Below are positions 1 through 15,000 of a stretch of 64,000 nucleotides of DNA, piece by piece. The notes beneath the pieces are model-generated. The model had not been told where the DNA came from. It searched no databases and was given only the letters and a program-made list of their open reading frames with translations. Origin of the DNA: Paragordius varius (Eukaryota > Animalia > Nematomorpha). The stretch lies in contig OZ176053.1 of the NCBI GenBank assembly GCA_964247055.1, positions 3,224,001-3,288,000 on the forward strand, given 5' to 3'. Each line of letters starts with the position of its first letter. The first letter of the stretch is position 1. The position numbers and the translations under genes are program-made.

Positions 1-90
1 AAAATAAACGATTATTATTATTTTACAAATAATCAAAATAAATCAAGTAGTCTAATTTCTATATCCTAATATATGTTTTTACCACGATAG

Positions 91-3000
91 ATAAAGAAAA
101 GGAACATAAATATATAAATTCAAAATTGATACAAACGATATTGATAACTCTCTTGTGTGAAATAACCTTGTTTCTAAAAAGCCTTCGGAAAAAACGCACC
201 ATGAAAATGACGCCAAGTCGAAAATATGGCGTCTCCTGGGAAAAGAAAAAACATAGCCGATGGAATAGTTTATTGGGCATGTTAGGAGTATCCATAAGTA
301 GTCTATCTTCTGCCGGTCATGATGGTATTTTCTACAATTTGATTTGGATTTTACACATTAAATAAAAAACAATTGAATTAATTATCAGAGCATTCTAATA
401 TATTTTCTGTTTTGAATAATTCTTTGATTGGTGTACAAAAGCGTTAAAGTACTAATTTAACTAATAAGAATTAAAATTTAGAAAAAATTTATGCATAGCG
501 AAAGTTTTTGCTACATATCTCTTCAATTCACTACCGCCTTATTTGAAAAAAGTCAAACAAGCAAACAAAGCGTTTAGATCACATAGATTTTAGATTTTTC
601 GATTACATTTTACATTTTATTAAATACTTTAGGACATTAACGATTATTCTATGACCTTTATGCGGCATATTAAATATTTCATGTACTAAAATTTACAATC
701 ATTTCAGAATTTTTAATAACTGTTAGCCAATGAAAAATTCAAATTTTAGCGCATATTACATTTACGCTTTAATTTTTGAAAAGTAATTATTGATTGATTT
801 TGGGCATGATATTGTCAGCATCTGTTGTGCTGAAACTATGTTAATAATTAAACAGAAAGGTTAAAAATGCAGTCCTGCCGAGCCCTTTCTTTTATAAATT
901 CGCGCTATGTTTTTTAAAATTATGCTTAGTTACTATTTAATTCTGATTTTGTATGAATAATTTTATTTAAATTCTTTGTATAAATCGGATTGGGTAAGAT
1001 GTAGGTTTCCAGAATATTTAGATTGCAAATATGGTTTTTGCTGCGTCATCCTTTGCAAAAGCCGGCCTTCATCGATTAATTTTCAATAGTTTTTAAAACA
1101 ATATTTTAATAATAAATAGGTAATCGTTATTATAACCAAAGGCTATTCGTTTCCTGAAACATATATTTATATACAAACTAGTATTTTACAAATTAATTGA
1201 ATTCCGCGTTCATTAATTTAGAATCAATTATAATATTGTTTAAATTTGTTTTAATAATTAAGGGATTGCTAAAAAATCAAAATTTTAGCCTATCTAATAT
1301 CTTATATATTTGATAGAACCGCGAAAAAGTTTATTGCAAACCGTCAATCCTTCCCGCGAGGAGTCTTCCCACGAAAGTTTAAATAGCATAAGAATAGAGA
1401 CACCGGATGAAATAGCTTCCTCACCCAAAAAATTATCTGACACAGGCGTTTTACCAGAAAAACCAATTGGACAACGCTTTGGCTCATCCATAGGATCCCT
1501 TTATGGCTTCCCTAAATTGAGGCGCACCAGTTTAAAACTGAAAAAAGATGGTATTATTGTACATTTATAATATATAAATTTGTGGATTACTTAATTGAAA
1601 ATAGATAATTGGTATAGAGTGAACCTCCGCATTTATATTAGAAAATATGGCTTATTATCGGCATCACAACCGCCTTTTTCTAAAAATCAAATTTTTTCAT
1701 CACAAATTGATAAATAATATATGATAATTAATAATATGCATCAAAAAATTAATAAAAAATGATTTACTCTTTATTATTTTAGTTCATTATAAGGGTTTCA
1801 TAATATCACATTATAGTCATATCATCTCAATAATTATAAATCTGGGCCTTTTATTGAAATCGGAATAGGACATAATATCAGCATGATTAGTTTATAAAGG
1901 CTGTTTAATTAGGGGCCTTACTTAGTATAAGTTGCATAATTAGCCTCCTAACTAATATTAATGACCAAACTACTATTATGCATGTTGGTTTTTTCACTAC
2001 ACAATACTTATAGATGAGAAGAAAAAGGAATCTCTTAAATACCAAAAACAAGGTAGTGTTGAACAATCAATACCATCATCGACTACCACGAGCAAAAGGG
2101 ATCATAGTAACTCTCCTAACAAAAATAAACCCACACCTGCCAATGGAAATGTTGATGAAATCAATGATACTGGCATCATAAGTATTCCGGATCGTTATCC
2201 GTGGTTATTGGTAATTCCTTTTACAATAAGTCTATTTGATTATTTCTTCTTCGTATATTATTACTACAAAAATTTACAACTTTAATTAAATCAAATTATA
2301 ATAGTATAAATATTAAGACTATGGATAATAGGACTCGCATATTGATATTTTGACAATAATATCAGCAATTAGAGTTTAATTTTATTTAATTAAATTTGTG
2401 AACTAGTCTCCAATTAAAATTTGCTTAGTGGTTAAAAAAAATAAGTTTCTGTATATAATTGTGAAACTAACTAGATTGGTTTTTAAATCATTTTGATGGA
2501 CACATATATAGATTTGTTTGGGGATTCAGTCCTCCTACAATTTCGAATGTAATCATCAACCATGTACTAGCGATTGTTATAAAAGTCATTTAATGAACGT
2601 TAAGCTCCTACTCAAAGCAGTTGATTTAGTCTACCGATATGATATTAAACGTAATTCTAGAGGTCACGTTTCAGGACTTAATACAATATCCTACCTTTTG
2701 ACAAAAGTTGGAATTTATAAATTTTTATACAAAATATTTGTTTTAATGCCATTTATTATTATGTTTTAGAATATGTTGTATGAAGAACCTTGCATAAGAT
2801 TGGGTCCCATTACCAAAGTAAGTTTGTTTTTAAAATTAACCTAATCTTTAGCAAAAAAGCTGTATTCAAAATAAACGGTACATCGATAAATTCCGGTCAA
2901 AAATTAGTTACTTAATTCCACGGTATATTAATAAACAGGTAAAAACGCTACTTATTTAATGAACAGGTTAAAGATTGTTCCCATTCCCTTTTCATTATGC

Positions 3001-6000
3001 TAATCAAATTGGCATCCTTGCTGACTGAAAAATTATTTTATGTCGCAATTAAATTGGCGTGGACATTGTGCACAACATCAGATATGTATTTGTCTTATAG
3101 CGCAAGTAATACAACCAAAATTCTTTTTTTATAATAACACTTAACACATCGAAATCAGGGATACCAACATGCGACCCTCAGCCCCACTGTGTGTTGCCCG
3201 CTTAAAATTTTTAGAAATACCTAAGAAATCAAAATTGCTTAAATTTTCAAAATATTTTAAATGGCAAAATTAAAAATTATATCATTATTTCTTTTCAAAA
3301 TATTTTTCAAGTCTATATGTCTTAATTTACACAGAAATCTAAAATTGCTTCCTAGCTAAGCATTATTGATTGTTTGGTCAAGGGATAAGTTAATTTTTAA
3401 GGCATTAAATATTTATTAAATTCAATTTTATATTATGGGTTTATTGTTTTTATGTATATATTTAAAATGCGGCTCCCGAAGCTATTTATGTTTGGCACCC
3501 CTGATCTAGACAATCATTATTACTTTTTCGAAAAACTTTTAAGTATTTTCACCAATTATCAATATAAATTTCATAGGATTAATTATTATGTAATAAAACA
3601 CTAGATGCTTTTTTCATTTTGAGTTCCCTTAAATATCCCGATCACGTTTCGCAAATTGTTATGACGGATTTAATTGATACTAATCCAAATCAGCGCTTAA
3701 ATACGATAAAAAAGTAAAATTATAAACTGAATTAAAGGTTTTATCGAATATGGAAATACCGGAATTATGTGTGGCCCCTTATACACGATGATAAAAACCA
3801 AAGCTTCAAAGTAATTAAAATTTGTAAATTGATACATATGTAAACTCAATAATTTAAATTTTATTTTAATATTGTATTCGATTAAAGATAACACCCCCGA
3901 ATATTGAATTCACTTTGCCATCACCCATGTTGGGTTCAAATTTTCCAGAAATTTATAACCCACCATGGACGCTCCTGTTGCGTACAACTATGGAGGATTT
4001 AACACTCTCACAAGATATCTCGGTAATTATATCATTACAAAGATACCAATTATTTATATATTAGTTATAACTTTTTTAAGGTTGTTAATTATTGTTATAC
4101 TTATAAGACAATTTATATTATTAGTTATTTTATAAAATTAAGCCCTGATGATTAATAAAATTTTAATATCATTATTGAAATAGGAATTTAATAATTTTCT
4201 GTAAGCCTAGGGTTATCTACCTATAATGATGGCTGTTTTAGTACTATCATTATACCTAACCTTTTTATTTACTTTTTGGATGTTCCGAAAAAGATACAAA
4301 TGTTTTAAAGGGTGGGTCTGATTAGACAACTCACAACTATTGTGTGATAAAAACTATTATATTTAAGGCTGTTATGATTACCACGGCCCGAAGTCGCAAA
4401 AAGCAGAAAGAAGAATACATTGATAAGCTTAAGAAAACACAAATTGATTCGGTCCAAAAAAGGCGGGAAAATTATCTCATGTCTACCATATCTTATGTGT
4501 TACAGGCTTCGTTTGATCAATTAATAAATCGAAATTTTATGGAAAAAGATGGTATATTCTTTAAGTCATTTGCAGAGGGGTTGAAAACTAGGCGTAGAGT
4601 AATAGATAGATTTTAATTTTATATTTGTAATAGATACAGTATGATTTAAAATACATTGCCAATTATTTATTAATTATTGTCGGATAGTATTTACCGTAAT
4701 GAGATATATTATTACCTATTTCTACTCACTGTATGAGTGCTGGCTAAATATGGCGTTTGCCTACCTTAGCAATTTTAGTCGAATTTACTAATTTTTAAAA
4801 TTGAAAATAATTGAGTATTACTGAAATTTTAAATATGTTTTATAATTTTTATAATTAACTCTGACACAGAATTGGTCATTTTTATCAAAAAATCGCCTCC
4901 TGGTTAATTTTGTTTTAATAAAAGTCTTAAAGCAAGACTGCTAGAATTTTTTAAAATTGGATTTTCCCAATATAATGCCATCCCCTTTTTTGTGTATACA
5001 AAGTTGTTGTTTTCTTTTCTCAAATAAATAAATATCCCAAATTCAAAAAGTTCACGCATTTTGTCGGATATTAATGAGTAATAAATGGTATTTTTATCAT
5101 TTTAAATTTTTTTAAAATATTGAATATCTTAGACGACCAATATGACACCATAAATTACAAAATGTCCAACACCATTTTCCCGTCTTCATTGAGTATCATC
5201 TTTATACGGCTATTAAGTTATATAACTCTTAAACCCTATCACGATCCAAAAGACGGCACCGATGGTATCGTATAATTTTCTAAAAATTTTTTACCTGATA
5301 TTTTTATTACTGTTTTTCTATTTTTATTTCATATATTTAAACAGTTTCTCATGCGAGTTATATGGTTATAAAAAATTGTATGCAAGATGACCCCTCTTAT
5401 TTCCTGAGATCAGTTTTGGAAAAATTGACGAAAAAAGAAATGGTACACTTATGATATTAGACCTTTTATATATATATATATAAATCATTTATTTAAATCA
5501 AATATAGCCATATCTAATGAATTGGATACAGGGACTAATTTATGAGTACGGTCAAATACCACCATTCTTAGCCTATATCCTTTTTAACTATATGGTAAAA
5601 ATATCTATTTATTTTTAAGATAATAATAATTAATTTAAAATATAAAATTTCGATTTCTATAAGTAATCTTTGTCGAATGTAAAATCAAAAAAAATTATAT
5701 TGATAATATATTTTATGATAATATTAATAGATAGGGTATAGCATGCATTGTGTCCGTTTTTCTAAATTCCCAGAATCTTTAACCCTTGGATCTAACATAA
5801 TAAGTCAAGTGTCGGCTTTCGTCACAGGTTTAACACTTAAAGATATGACACAAGCATTTAGACGAGAACAGTGTGATGTAATATATTTAAATACATCTAT
5901 TTATTTCCATATCATTTGTTTACCGCATTAAATTTTTGTTTTACCTAAATTATAATATTGTATCCCTCATTTTATCAAGTTCCCAGGCATATACTTCAAA

Positions 6001-9000
6001 AGAGTTAATCATACCATAAATTTTTATAAAAAACCCCCTTTTCATGGTTTTATAATTTGCCACATTTTCATATTTAACATGTACTCTTATATAGTGCGAG
6101 GCCAATTTTGGGATTTTGATTATATCCCAAAATTATAGTGTAGACCCCAAACATTACGTATAGACATTATCTATTTTATCAATTATATAAATCGTTTAGA
6201 TATCATTATCGATTTTGTCATTCAATCCACCGACAAAGAAAATTATTATCCATGCCCCTGATTTAACGAGCATTCCGACCCAACTTTCCGTTACGGATGT
6301 AATATTACTCAAAATTATAATAATATTTAGACCACAAAATTCAAGGATTTATTGTTTGAGAGTTTGGATTTTTTCAACATTCAAGAGCCTGATTATGACA
6401 ATTATCAATTGGTTAACACGAAAACAAGTTTATTTTATTTTATTTAACTCTCTCAAAATATATTATAGAAAAAATGCATAATCCCAATGCTTACGTTAGG
6501 GATCACTATATATTTAAAAAATCTGTGTATCCCCAATTAAGCCTGATGAAAGTGGATCCTAAAGAAGCCAACCTAATTATTGAGAAAGAAGTACATAGAT
6601 ACATTTTATTATTACAGTAAAAATTGAAATTATACGGACAAAACGTGAAAATATAATGACAAATATTTTTTTCAAAAGATAACCATATTTTTTATTGATT
6701 TTTTTAAACATAACTCATTGTTTTAAGCTACAAAGTATAATATATAAATGTAAATTGGTAACACAATCAATTTATTTTAAGATTGTAATTAGATGTTTTT
6801 TATAGGATAAATTAAGGTTCAAAAAGGTATGGTTGTCTTTTGAAAAAAAATGTCTTTATATTTTTACATTTTGTCCGTATAATTTCAATTTTTACTGTTT
6901 CTTACCTTTATAATTATTGTTATTAGCATTGAAACTTTGTAAAAGCACGATGCATTTCAAAATATACATAATATTCAAGAAAAATATAATTGTCCATAAT
7001 TAGTTTTTATCTAAAATTTTTCTACGAATTTATGATGGTATCAACAAAATAATCGGCAAAATAAAAAAAGTGATTGATTATAAGCTAGGAATATTATCAT
7101 TATTATCAACTGGTCTCATATATCTATAATTTAAATAGTCCAAAAAATTTAATTTTTAAAATAAATAAAACCGCTGAAAGTGACGATTTTGTTCGTTTTT
7201 TCCCTATATATTTTTTAGGATTTGATATGCATCATTAATGAAGTCAATAAAATTCAATTGATCCAAAATTTCTTAACGTACATCCCAAATCATGAAAGCG
7301 TAAGGAACATCAAATAAATCATATATTTAGCTTATAAATACGGCATTTTATTTGTTTGAAGAATTAAAGAAAAACCCGACGTTTTTACGTAAAACACTCA
7401 ATCCAAGTTGTTTGATATATGGAAACCGTATTTTGGGAAAAGTAGCATATTTATATCTAAAATACTATAGGAGTTAACAAATTTTGACATACTCCAATCC
7501 TACAGTTGGATAAAAGTAATTTTGATGATACATTTTGAATAATAAATAATTTTAAATAGCTATTAGATTCCATGTTTTATATGGGTAATACCTTGCTTAC
7601 CACCCTTGAAGATTTCCAAACATTTATGCCCATAGTCATGGGGATGTTTATGTTGTACAATGAAAATTTTGGTATATTGCGAATATCCTTGGCAACTTTG
7701 TTGAAATTTCCCTTGAATTATAAACACGTATTCAGCAATTACGGGTAAAGCAAAAAATATGCAATTTACAGAATGCACATTTATTCTGGCTTAGTCACAC
7801 AAAATATAGTTGGTCTCCTATTAGCAACACATTATATGGAAAAAAATAAGAAATGTTGAAATTAAACAATTTTTTCCAATCTTACATTACATTGTTTTTT
7901 TAGAATTATGGACGGAATTTGTTTTATAACACACTCTACTGTATTACGAATTGACCAACAATAATGTGAATAAGCCAGCATAAATATGCACACTGAAAGT
8001 ATATACGCTAAGTATAATTATATAACTGTTAACAAACATTTTTATTACAATAGGTATGTAATATTTATCCCATTTTTGTTGAGAATCTATGCCTATGAAA
8101 ACAAAAATTTGGTTACACAAAATCATATTCAGAATGTGTTCAAACTTTTCTACAAAATGCACAAAAAGACATTTTTGTTACAAGTTATTTATTATCTTAA
8201 TACTTATATTGTTTTAAATAATATATGTTTATGAAGCATATATCATCCTCCGTTAGCTAAAAAGCTTCAAGATAATGAATATCGAAATAATATCGGTTAA
8301 GATTCGAGGAAAAAAAATAATTTTTACTGTTATTAGCAAAATAATCGCATTTTCATCGCACATTCGTTGGAGTAAAAATAACCGTATGACAATTAATTTT
8401 AAGATAATAATTCTTTACCACATTATCGCAAGCTTTTTTGATAAAAATTCGAATCAAAAATGCCATTTTTAGCTTTAATTCTTATAAGTCTCTCAATGAC
8501 CTTCTGAAAATATGTCAAATCTATAACATTTTGCATTTAAGCTTCTTTTTATGACACATTTTGACAAATAAAATTTAATTGATGCGTTTTCCTCTATTGT
8601 CTTTATTTTTATTCGACCTAATGTACGATGAAAATGCATTTTTTTAATTTTGGATATACCGGTAAATTAAAATTAACTTTTGCTCGAGATAAATCATTTC
8701 AATATTCATTATCCTAAAGCTTTTAGATATCGAATGATATATGTTAAACATTTATTTTTGGTGCGCACCGTTTACAAGAGTAGAGGTTTAGGTTAAATTT
8801 ATTCAATTCGATGAAAAATTGGTGTAGTGATTGTTTTAATTTGGATATAACATTACTATCTTTAAAAAATCACAGTGATTTCTTATGTATCTTGGTTAAT
8901 ATAGAATAGGTGGTATTTTAAGAGGTTATACCCCCAAAGTGAACCTGGCTTCCATTTTATAGATCTGAAAACTGGGTGTTTTTACTAATATAAGAATATT

Positions 9001-12000
9001 CTCAATTACACAAATTTACTATAAATATGATCTTAATCTAAAATAAGCATATATTTTATTATAAAATACAATTTTGAATAATATAAAAGATGGTAATATT
9101 ATATTAAATTTTATCAGTAAAAATGCGAAGTTTTTTGTCTTACCTGGGCTGATAGTGTTTTATGTAATTATACGATTATAGGTTTTAGCCTGTACTAGTC
9201 AAATACTCGAAGATAATGTCACATGTGATGCCAACTTCATAATAAATCCTGAGATTTTATACGATTTATTTTTATCTATGGGCAAATCTAATCTTGTTGA
9301 AAATTCGTGTGTGGCAGAATTGATAGAAAACAGTAACGGTCAAAGCGAAATTGATTGTCTGGTAATTTTTTAGGCATTTCATTTGATCATCGATTTCCAT
9401 AATATTTTGAATTTTTTTAATAAAGTACTATACAAAAACGATCGAAATTATTTTAAAAATTTATCAAAAAAATTTTATATAAACTTATATTAATATTTTT
9501 TAAATTTTTGTCCTCCTCGCTATGTTTGATATTATATAGGATCTTTGCTACTCAAATGAATCCGATTTATTGAATACAAGCGATATAATTTCATTGTGTG
9601 TTACAGTAATTTCATACAATCCGGAATCGTATAGAAGTCAACAAATGCTGGTAATATATCATGATTATCTATTATTGTTATTTAGGATATTAATTTGAGA
9701 TCTTGGCCATGTAATATATATAGGGAGGTTATCACAAATTTTTTAATATTAAGTTAATAATTATAATTTTATGTATTTTTATGTGGATTGATACTAAGCA
9801 AGAATATTACAAAATATATTAGTATAATCTCGATTATAGATTTTATAAATTCTAATAAGTTAGCGGTCATAATCCAAACCTAAATAGCATTTGACTGTCA
9901 CAAATCGATGACGGGTAAAAGGGACTTCCGAAACATCGAAATTGTTGGGCTTATATTTTTGAGCGGCTTACTTTTATTTTGTACAATCTGGTATCACGTT
10001 TGTTTTCGGGTTTAATATGCAGGGCGTGACCAGTATAAAAACAATGGAAAACCAATTTAAAAAAGCCGACATATGATTTAGGTTAAAGTGTATTTCCCCA
10101 GAGATGTGGCAATCAAAGTTTTTAATAATTTTTTTCTGTATATTAAAGTTATACACCAAAATATTTTATTTGGTTTACGTAAAATTAATGAATAGTTAGT
10201 TTTATTTGCTCTTTTATGGCGATAGGATTTCTGATATAAATTTTCTATAACCGTATATTGTATAATTTTATGTTCCTCTATTTATAAAATTAACCATACA
10301 TATCACAAAATAGATTATTCTGAGGGATTTTACCCCGTATTATGTCAAGCAACTGATGCAAAAAACTAATGCCAATAACCATGACAAAAAATACATTAAT
10401 GATGAAATGGCAGCTTACAAGATTATATTTATTGATATTCATACACTATTAAAGAATGTGGACGCATTAACTCGGTATGGATTTTAAAATTTCTTTAACC
10501 CATTTTGTCCTGTATAAAATCAAATCAAACTAAATTATTTTAATTATAATTATTACGGGTGATATAATAAATTTAAAAATATAAATTAAAATTTAGCCCG
10601 TTTGTTGGACACATACCACGAGATTACGATAGGAAATTATTCAAAAATCGACGGTATTTTCCATTTTTCCGGGATCCCGATGCCGCCGCAAAGTAATATA
10701 GAATATGTAATACCACCATTTATAATACAATATTTTTACAAACCAATTTTATATATCGGAGCATATAATAGCATTTTATACAATATAAATTAAATTTCGA
10801 TTATGGGTCTCCTTTAAATTATTTACATTGCGCTACCCAATCTGCTTATCAGAATAATTCATAACTAAGAGGCATGGTATTTCATATGAAATTATATATT
10901 TATATAACTGACACTCAATAAAGCATTTAACGATATTATATTATTGTTTTTCGTATAATATGGGTAAAATTTAAGGAGTCAGTCACTACGATATAGGTTA
11001 CATCAAAATTTAGGTAAATTTTTGTCTATATTTGTCGTTTCCTGAATTAAAAAATATAATTGATCCTTTTATTTTTAGCCAAGTGTTTAGCGCCACAATG
11101 ATGGATAAACAAATTACACAGCAACAATATGAGAATTATGCTAGACCAAGAGATATTTTATTGGCATTTTTATCCGATTTTTTGTACGAAACTGCCAACC
11201 GTATAAATGAATTATCAGCATCGGCTATCTTAGACAAACAAAACTATAACAAATCAAATTACATCTTGGACTCAAAATCACATATGGTAAGTTTTTGTTA
11301 ACAGGTTCATAGATGTCTAACGAATTAGGCAAATATCTGATAAAATTACCAGATTTTCCAAATAAACAGCGCCAGTATTAGGAACTGAAGCTGCTTTTTC
11401 TTTTTCCCACATAATATTTGAAAAAAACAGTCCTAAACAATATATTTCTGGTTTCATTGTTGTTTTGGTCTGCTGATACAAATCTATTTTTGTTTAAAAA
11501 ATATAAAAATATATTGTGATTCAAGTGTACAAAAAACAAGGTTAGCTTTGTTATAAAAATTAAAAGAGGAAAGAGAATAAACAATTTTTGCCGTTAAAAA
11601 GGGTTACAATAAAAGGTGACACTTTTGTTTTTGTAATTTACGTAAAAAGGCTATACCAGGTCGTCCTCCTTTCAATAAACTTAAGGCAATTATTTGGATT
11701 TTTTTTACTTTATAAGTAGTTTTTAAAGTACTAGCGATAAAAGTTGCGTTGCATCCCTCCTCTGAGCCATTGCAAAACTAATTAAAAAAATATATTTTGT
11801 TCAAAAATTAGTATGATATTAAATTTTAAACAAAAATTTTCTATTTATCTAAGAGTCATGATGCAGATGATTATTATATTCTAAGAAGATTCTATATTAT
11901 TTAATGTAATTAAAACTAAAATTTTTATGCTTTTGTGATTAGAAAATGGCGGAAATCGTAAATTCTCTGTTGAAACTTGTACCCTATGACATATCTCTCA

Positions 12001-15000
12001 TGGCACGATATGGCTTAAATAGGTAAAATATATGTTTTGTAAAAATAAAGCTATTTGACCAAAACTTTACCAGCAATAGATTGGTCCAACGATTCATTAA
12101 GGCCCATTCTCAATCTGGTCTACAAACGACTGGATAAAATGTTTACCAAGATATCAAAAACTGTGGAATTGCATGTAAATAATATTTTTCAACATTCTTA
12201 TATTTTCCCGGATCTATATTAATTTTTATTAAATACAATATGCATATTAATGCTGGCCTATTCACATTGTTGGTCGAATGGCGACACAGTAGTTTATGAC
12301 TAAAAACAATAAGATGTTAAAATTAAAGAATTTTTTCCTTTTGTTTGTTGACAAAATTTGTTTTTAAGAGACTCCATTGTTCGCAACTGGTCATTTGTAT
12401 TGTGAATAAGCTAGCATATGTAAGTACCCATTTAGTCTTTACTATTTAATTATTAGAAATAATGCATCTAATTTCCATAATATTTGCATTTTTTAGAATT
12501 GCTATTTGCTGGATTATTTAACGATCCCCATTTCAGGTATTTATGTCAAATAATTAATAGGGATCATTATAACGCTAAAGAAATATCCATTTATAGCCCA
12601 TCTTCCAGTCATTAAAGTATTATTAATCTTTATTAAATCAATTTGTATATTTTTAACATTTAACTATGATACAAACTAAAATATTTCATAGAAACGCTTT
12701 AATACATTAAACTTAATTTAAACAGAAATCTTTGGAATAAATATTCTTAAAATTAACTTTTACTAATAAATACATTTTTTGGATCCATATATTTTAATAT
12801 AATTGACGCATTATTTTTAGTATATAACTCAATCATGCGTAAGTTTGGTGCTTCAATTTTCTCTGTCTTCCAAAACGGTGCTGGACACTCAAAATTTATT
12901 TCAACTAAATGGTTATTCTTTTATGTCGGCTGTTGTGGAATTGTCTGCAGAACACATGTCACTTCTTAGGGTATATATGCTAAATTGTTAGTTTCGCCTA
13001 ATCTAATATAAAAGAAATTTTTAATTTAAAGTGACTAATTATAAAACAATACATTAATATAATTTTTATAAGTTTTGATGCAGTCAAAGATTATAAAAAT
13101 TGTTATCAAATCAATTGACTTATGTTTTAAATTATTGTCTCTTTCTATAGGAAAGTGTTTTACTCACCAATAGTATGGTGCAGAATCTCAATTTAGTCTC
13201 AAATTACCAGCAAAAAATAGACCCCTACCTTTTCTTCTTCTTTATACCGCTCTTACTGTACTGCATTAAATACAACATGAGTAATCTTTTATATAATTAA
13301 ATTGGATATTAAAATACTTACATCTTTGATAAATTTATAAAAATTAAACTCGGAAAATTTGGCAACGTTAAATATCGAAAACCTTTAATACAATCTGTTC
13401 TCTGCCGATTAAAAAAAGTCTAAACGAAATAAATATATCGCATTTTGTGTTAATTCATAGTAGCGACATATTACATAAGTTATTATAAATTTATATTGCA
13501 TATGTCCCCTGAACTGTTGAGCCGGCTGGGAAATTAAAACATTCAAAGCTTGAAGAATTATAAAGTAGATCTCATAAATTTGCGCTATAGCTGTACCGCT
13601 CTATATTTTTTTTGTAGTTTTAAAAGTAATTATGCCTAAGTACAGCTCATGGATAGATAGGTTTAAATTATTAAGTTAAACCAGAAAATATTGTCAACCA
13701 TATATTTTATTTTATATTCCGAGTAATTTAACTATCTGTTTTTTTCATTATAGCAATGGCAATAGATGATGGTGCAGTTTGGCAAACGTTATCCAATATT
13801 GTCATTCAGTTAGAAATATTGATTGAACAAAATAGCAACCAAAACGGAAGTGACAATAAAAACAAAACTTACATCACCAATGAAAGTAATTATATGGAAA
13901 CAGAAGTCGGGATTTATTTGTGGAGTATATAATATGGAAATAATTATTCTAGGTTTAAAAGTACTCATATTATATAATGAGAATTTGCTGTCAAGATTTA
14001 ATTTTAGCTTATACCGTGTTTTGCGTATTCTGATTAAGCATTATAAAGGTATCAATCATAATGTTGATTTTTATTTTAGATGTTTTGTCAGATACCATCA
14101 CCAATTTTGAGGAATTTATCTATTCATACAGACCAAATTTATTCCTCAATTATATGTACATAAAGAAATCGGTAAACAAAATTATTTACAATTAAACCTT
14201 TTTCATAGATTTGCATAACTAACCATGAATAATTAAAATTATTATTAATTGAAAAATAATTTGCTCTAACGTATTTTTTTACTCAAATGGTATTGCTTAA
14301 TTTTTGATTGATTGTCATTTCGGTTTTTAAATTGGCTTAAAGGGTATTTAATTTACATGTCAGCTGGGGATGTATAATTTTTATTTTTATTAATTACATC
14401 TTTAATTAATGGGAGAGGAAAAGTATATTGATGCGCCTGTTCGCAATGAAATTTACCAACAATTTGAATTCACCCTCGAACAATTCAAATTCACCCTTGA
14501 ACAATTCAAATTCACCCTTGAACAATTCAAATACACCCCTTATTTTTTCGGTTAAAAATATAAAAAAATATAGGTAATTTTTAATCTTAAAAAACACAAT
14601 TTATTTTAGGGTGAATTTGGGTTGTTCAAGGGTGAATTTGAATTGTTTAAGGGTGAATTTGTAGTGTAAATGGTATATCACGTAAAAATAATTTTGAGTA
14701 ACTCATAATAATAAAAATTAAAAATCTTATGCATACCAGCAAACATGTAAAATAAAATCCGTTTAGCCAATTAACATTGAAATAGCCAATATAATAGCTC
14801 TTTTTTCTATAATTTATATATTTGACCGTAAAGTCATTTGAAAGGAAAAAGTTATCACAAATTCAGTCCCAAACACCAACCAAAAATTCAAAATACAAGC
14901 CATACATTACGCGTGAAGAAATTATAGACAAATTAGTGCGTGAATATGGGCTTAGAAGAAAAGATATGAATGATTCACTTAACAATATAAAAAGTATAAA

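Noticed and set aside
2320-2372. Apparent frameshifted signal peptide (MDNRTRILIF/LTIISAIR) that could start a separate gene at 2512
   Set aside because: Exon 2014-2210 (..YPWLL) splices in phase to 2512 (ICLG..FECNH..C..CY), matching the UNC80 sequence, so no new start is needed.
4141-4190. CTGATGA...GAAA resembling a second hammerhead core
   Set aside because: No convincing stem I, stem II closing pair, or stem III/NUH site.
14460-14530. Regular short repeats superficially like a CRISPR array
   Set aside because: They are adjacent tandem repeats with no unique spacers, in a eukaryotic MITE with no cas genes.
14406-14597. ORF with FELFKGE repeats; similar ORFs at 49103-49297 and 49464-49667
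   Set aside because: These are translations of the 21-bp MITE repeats, not proteins.
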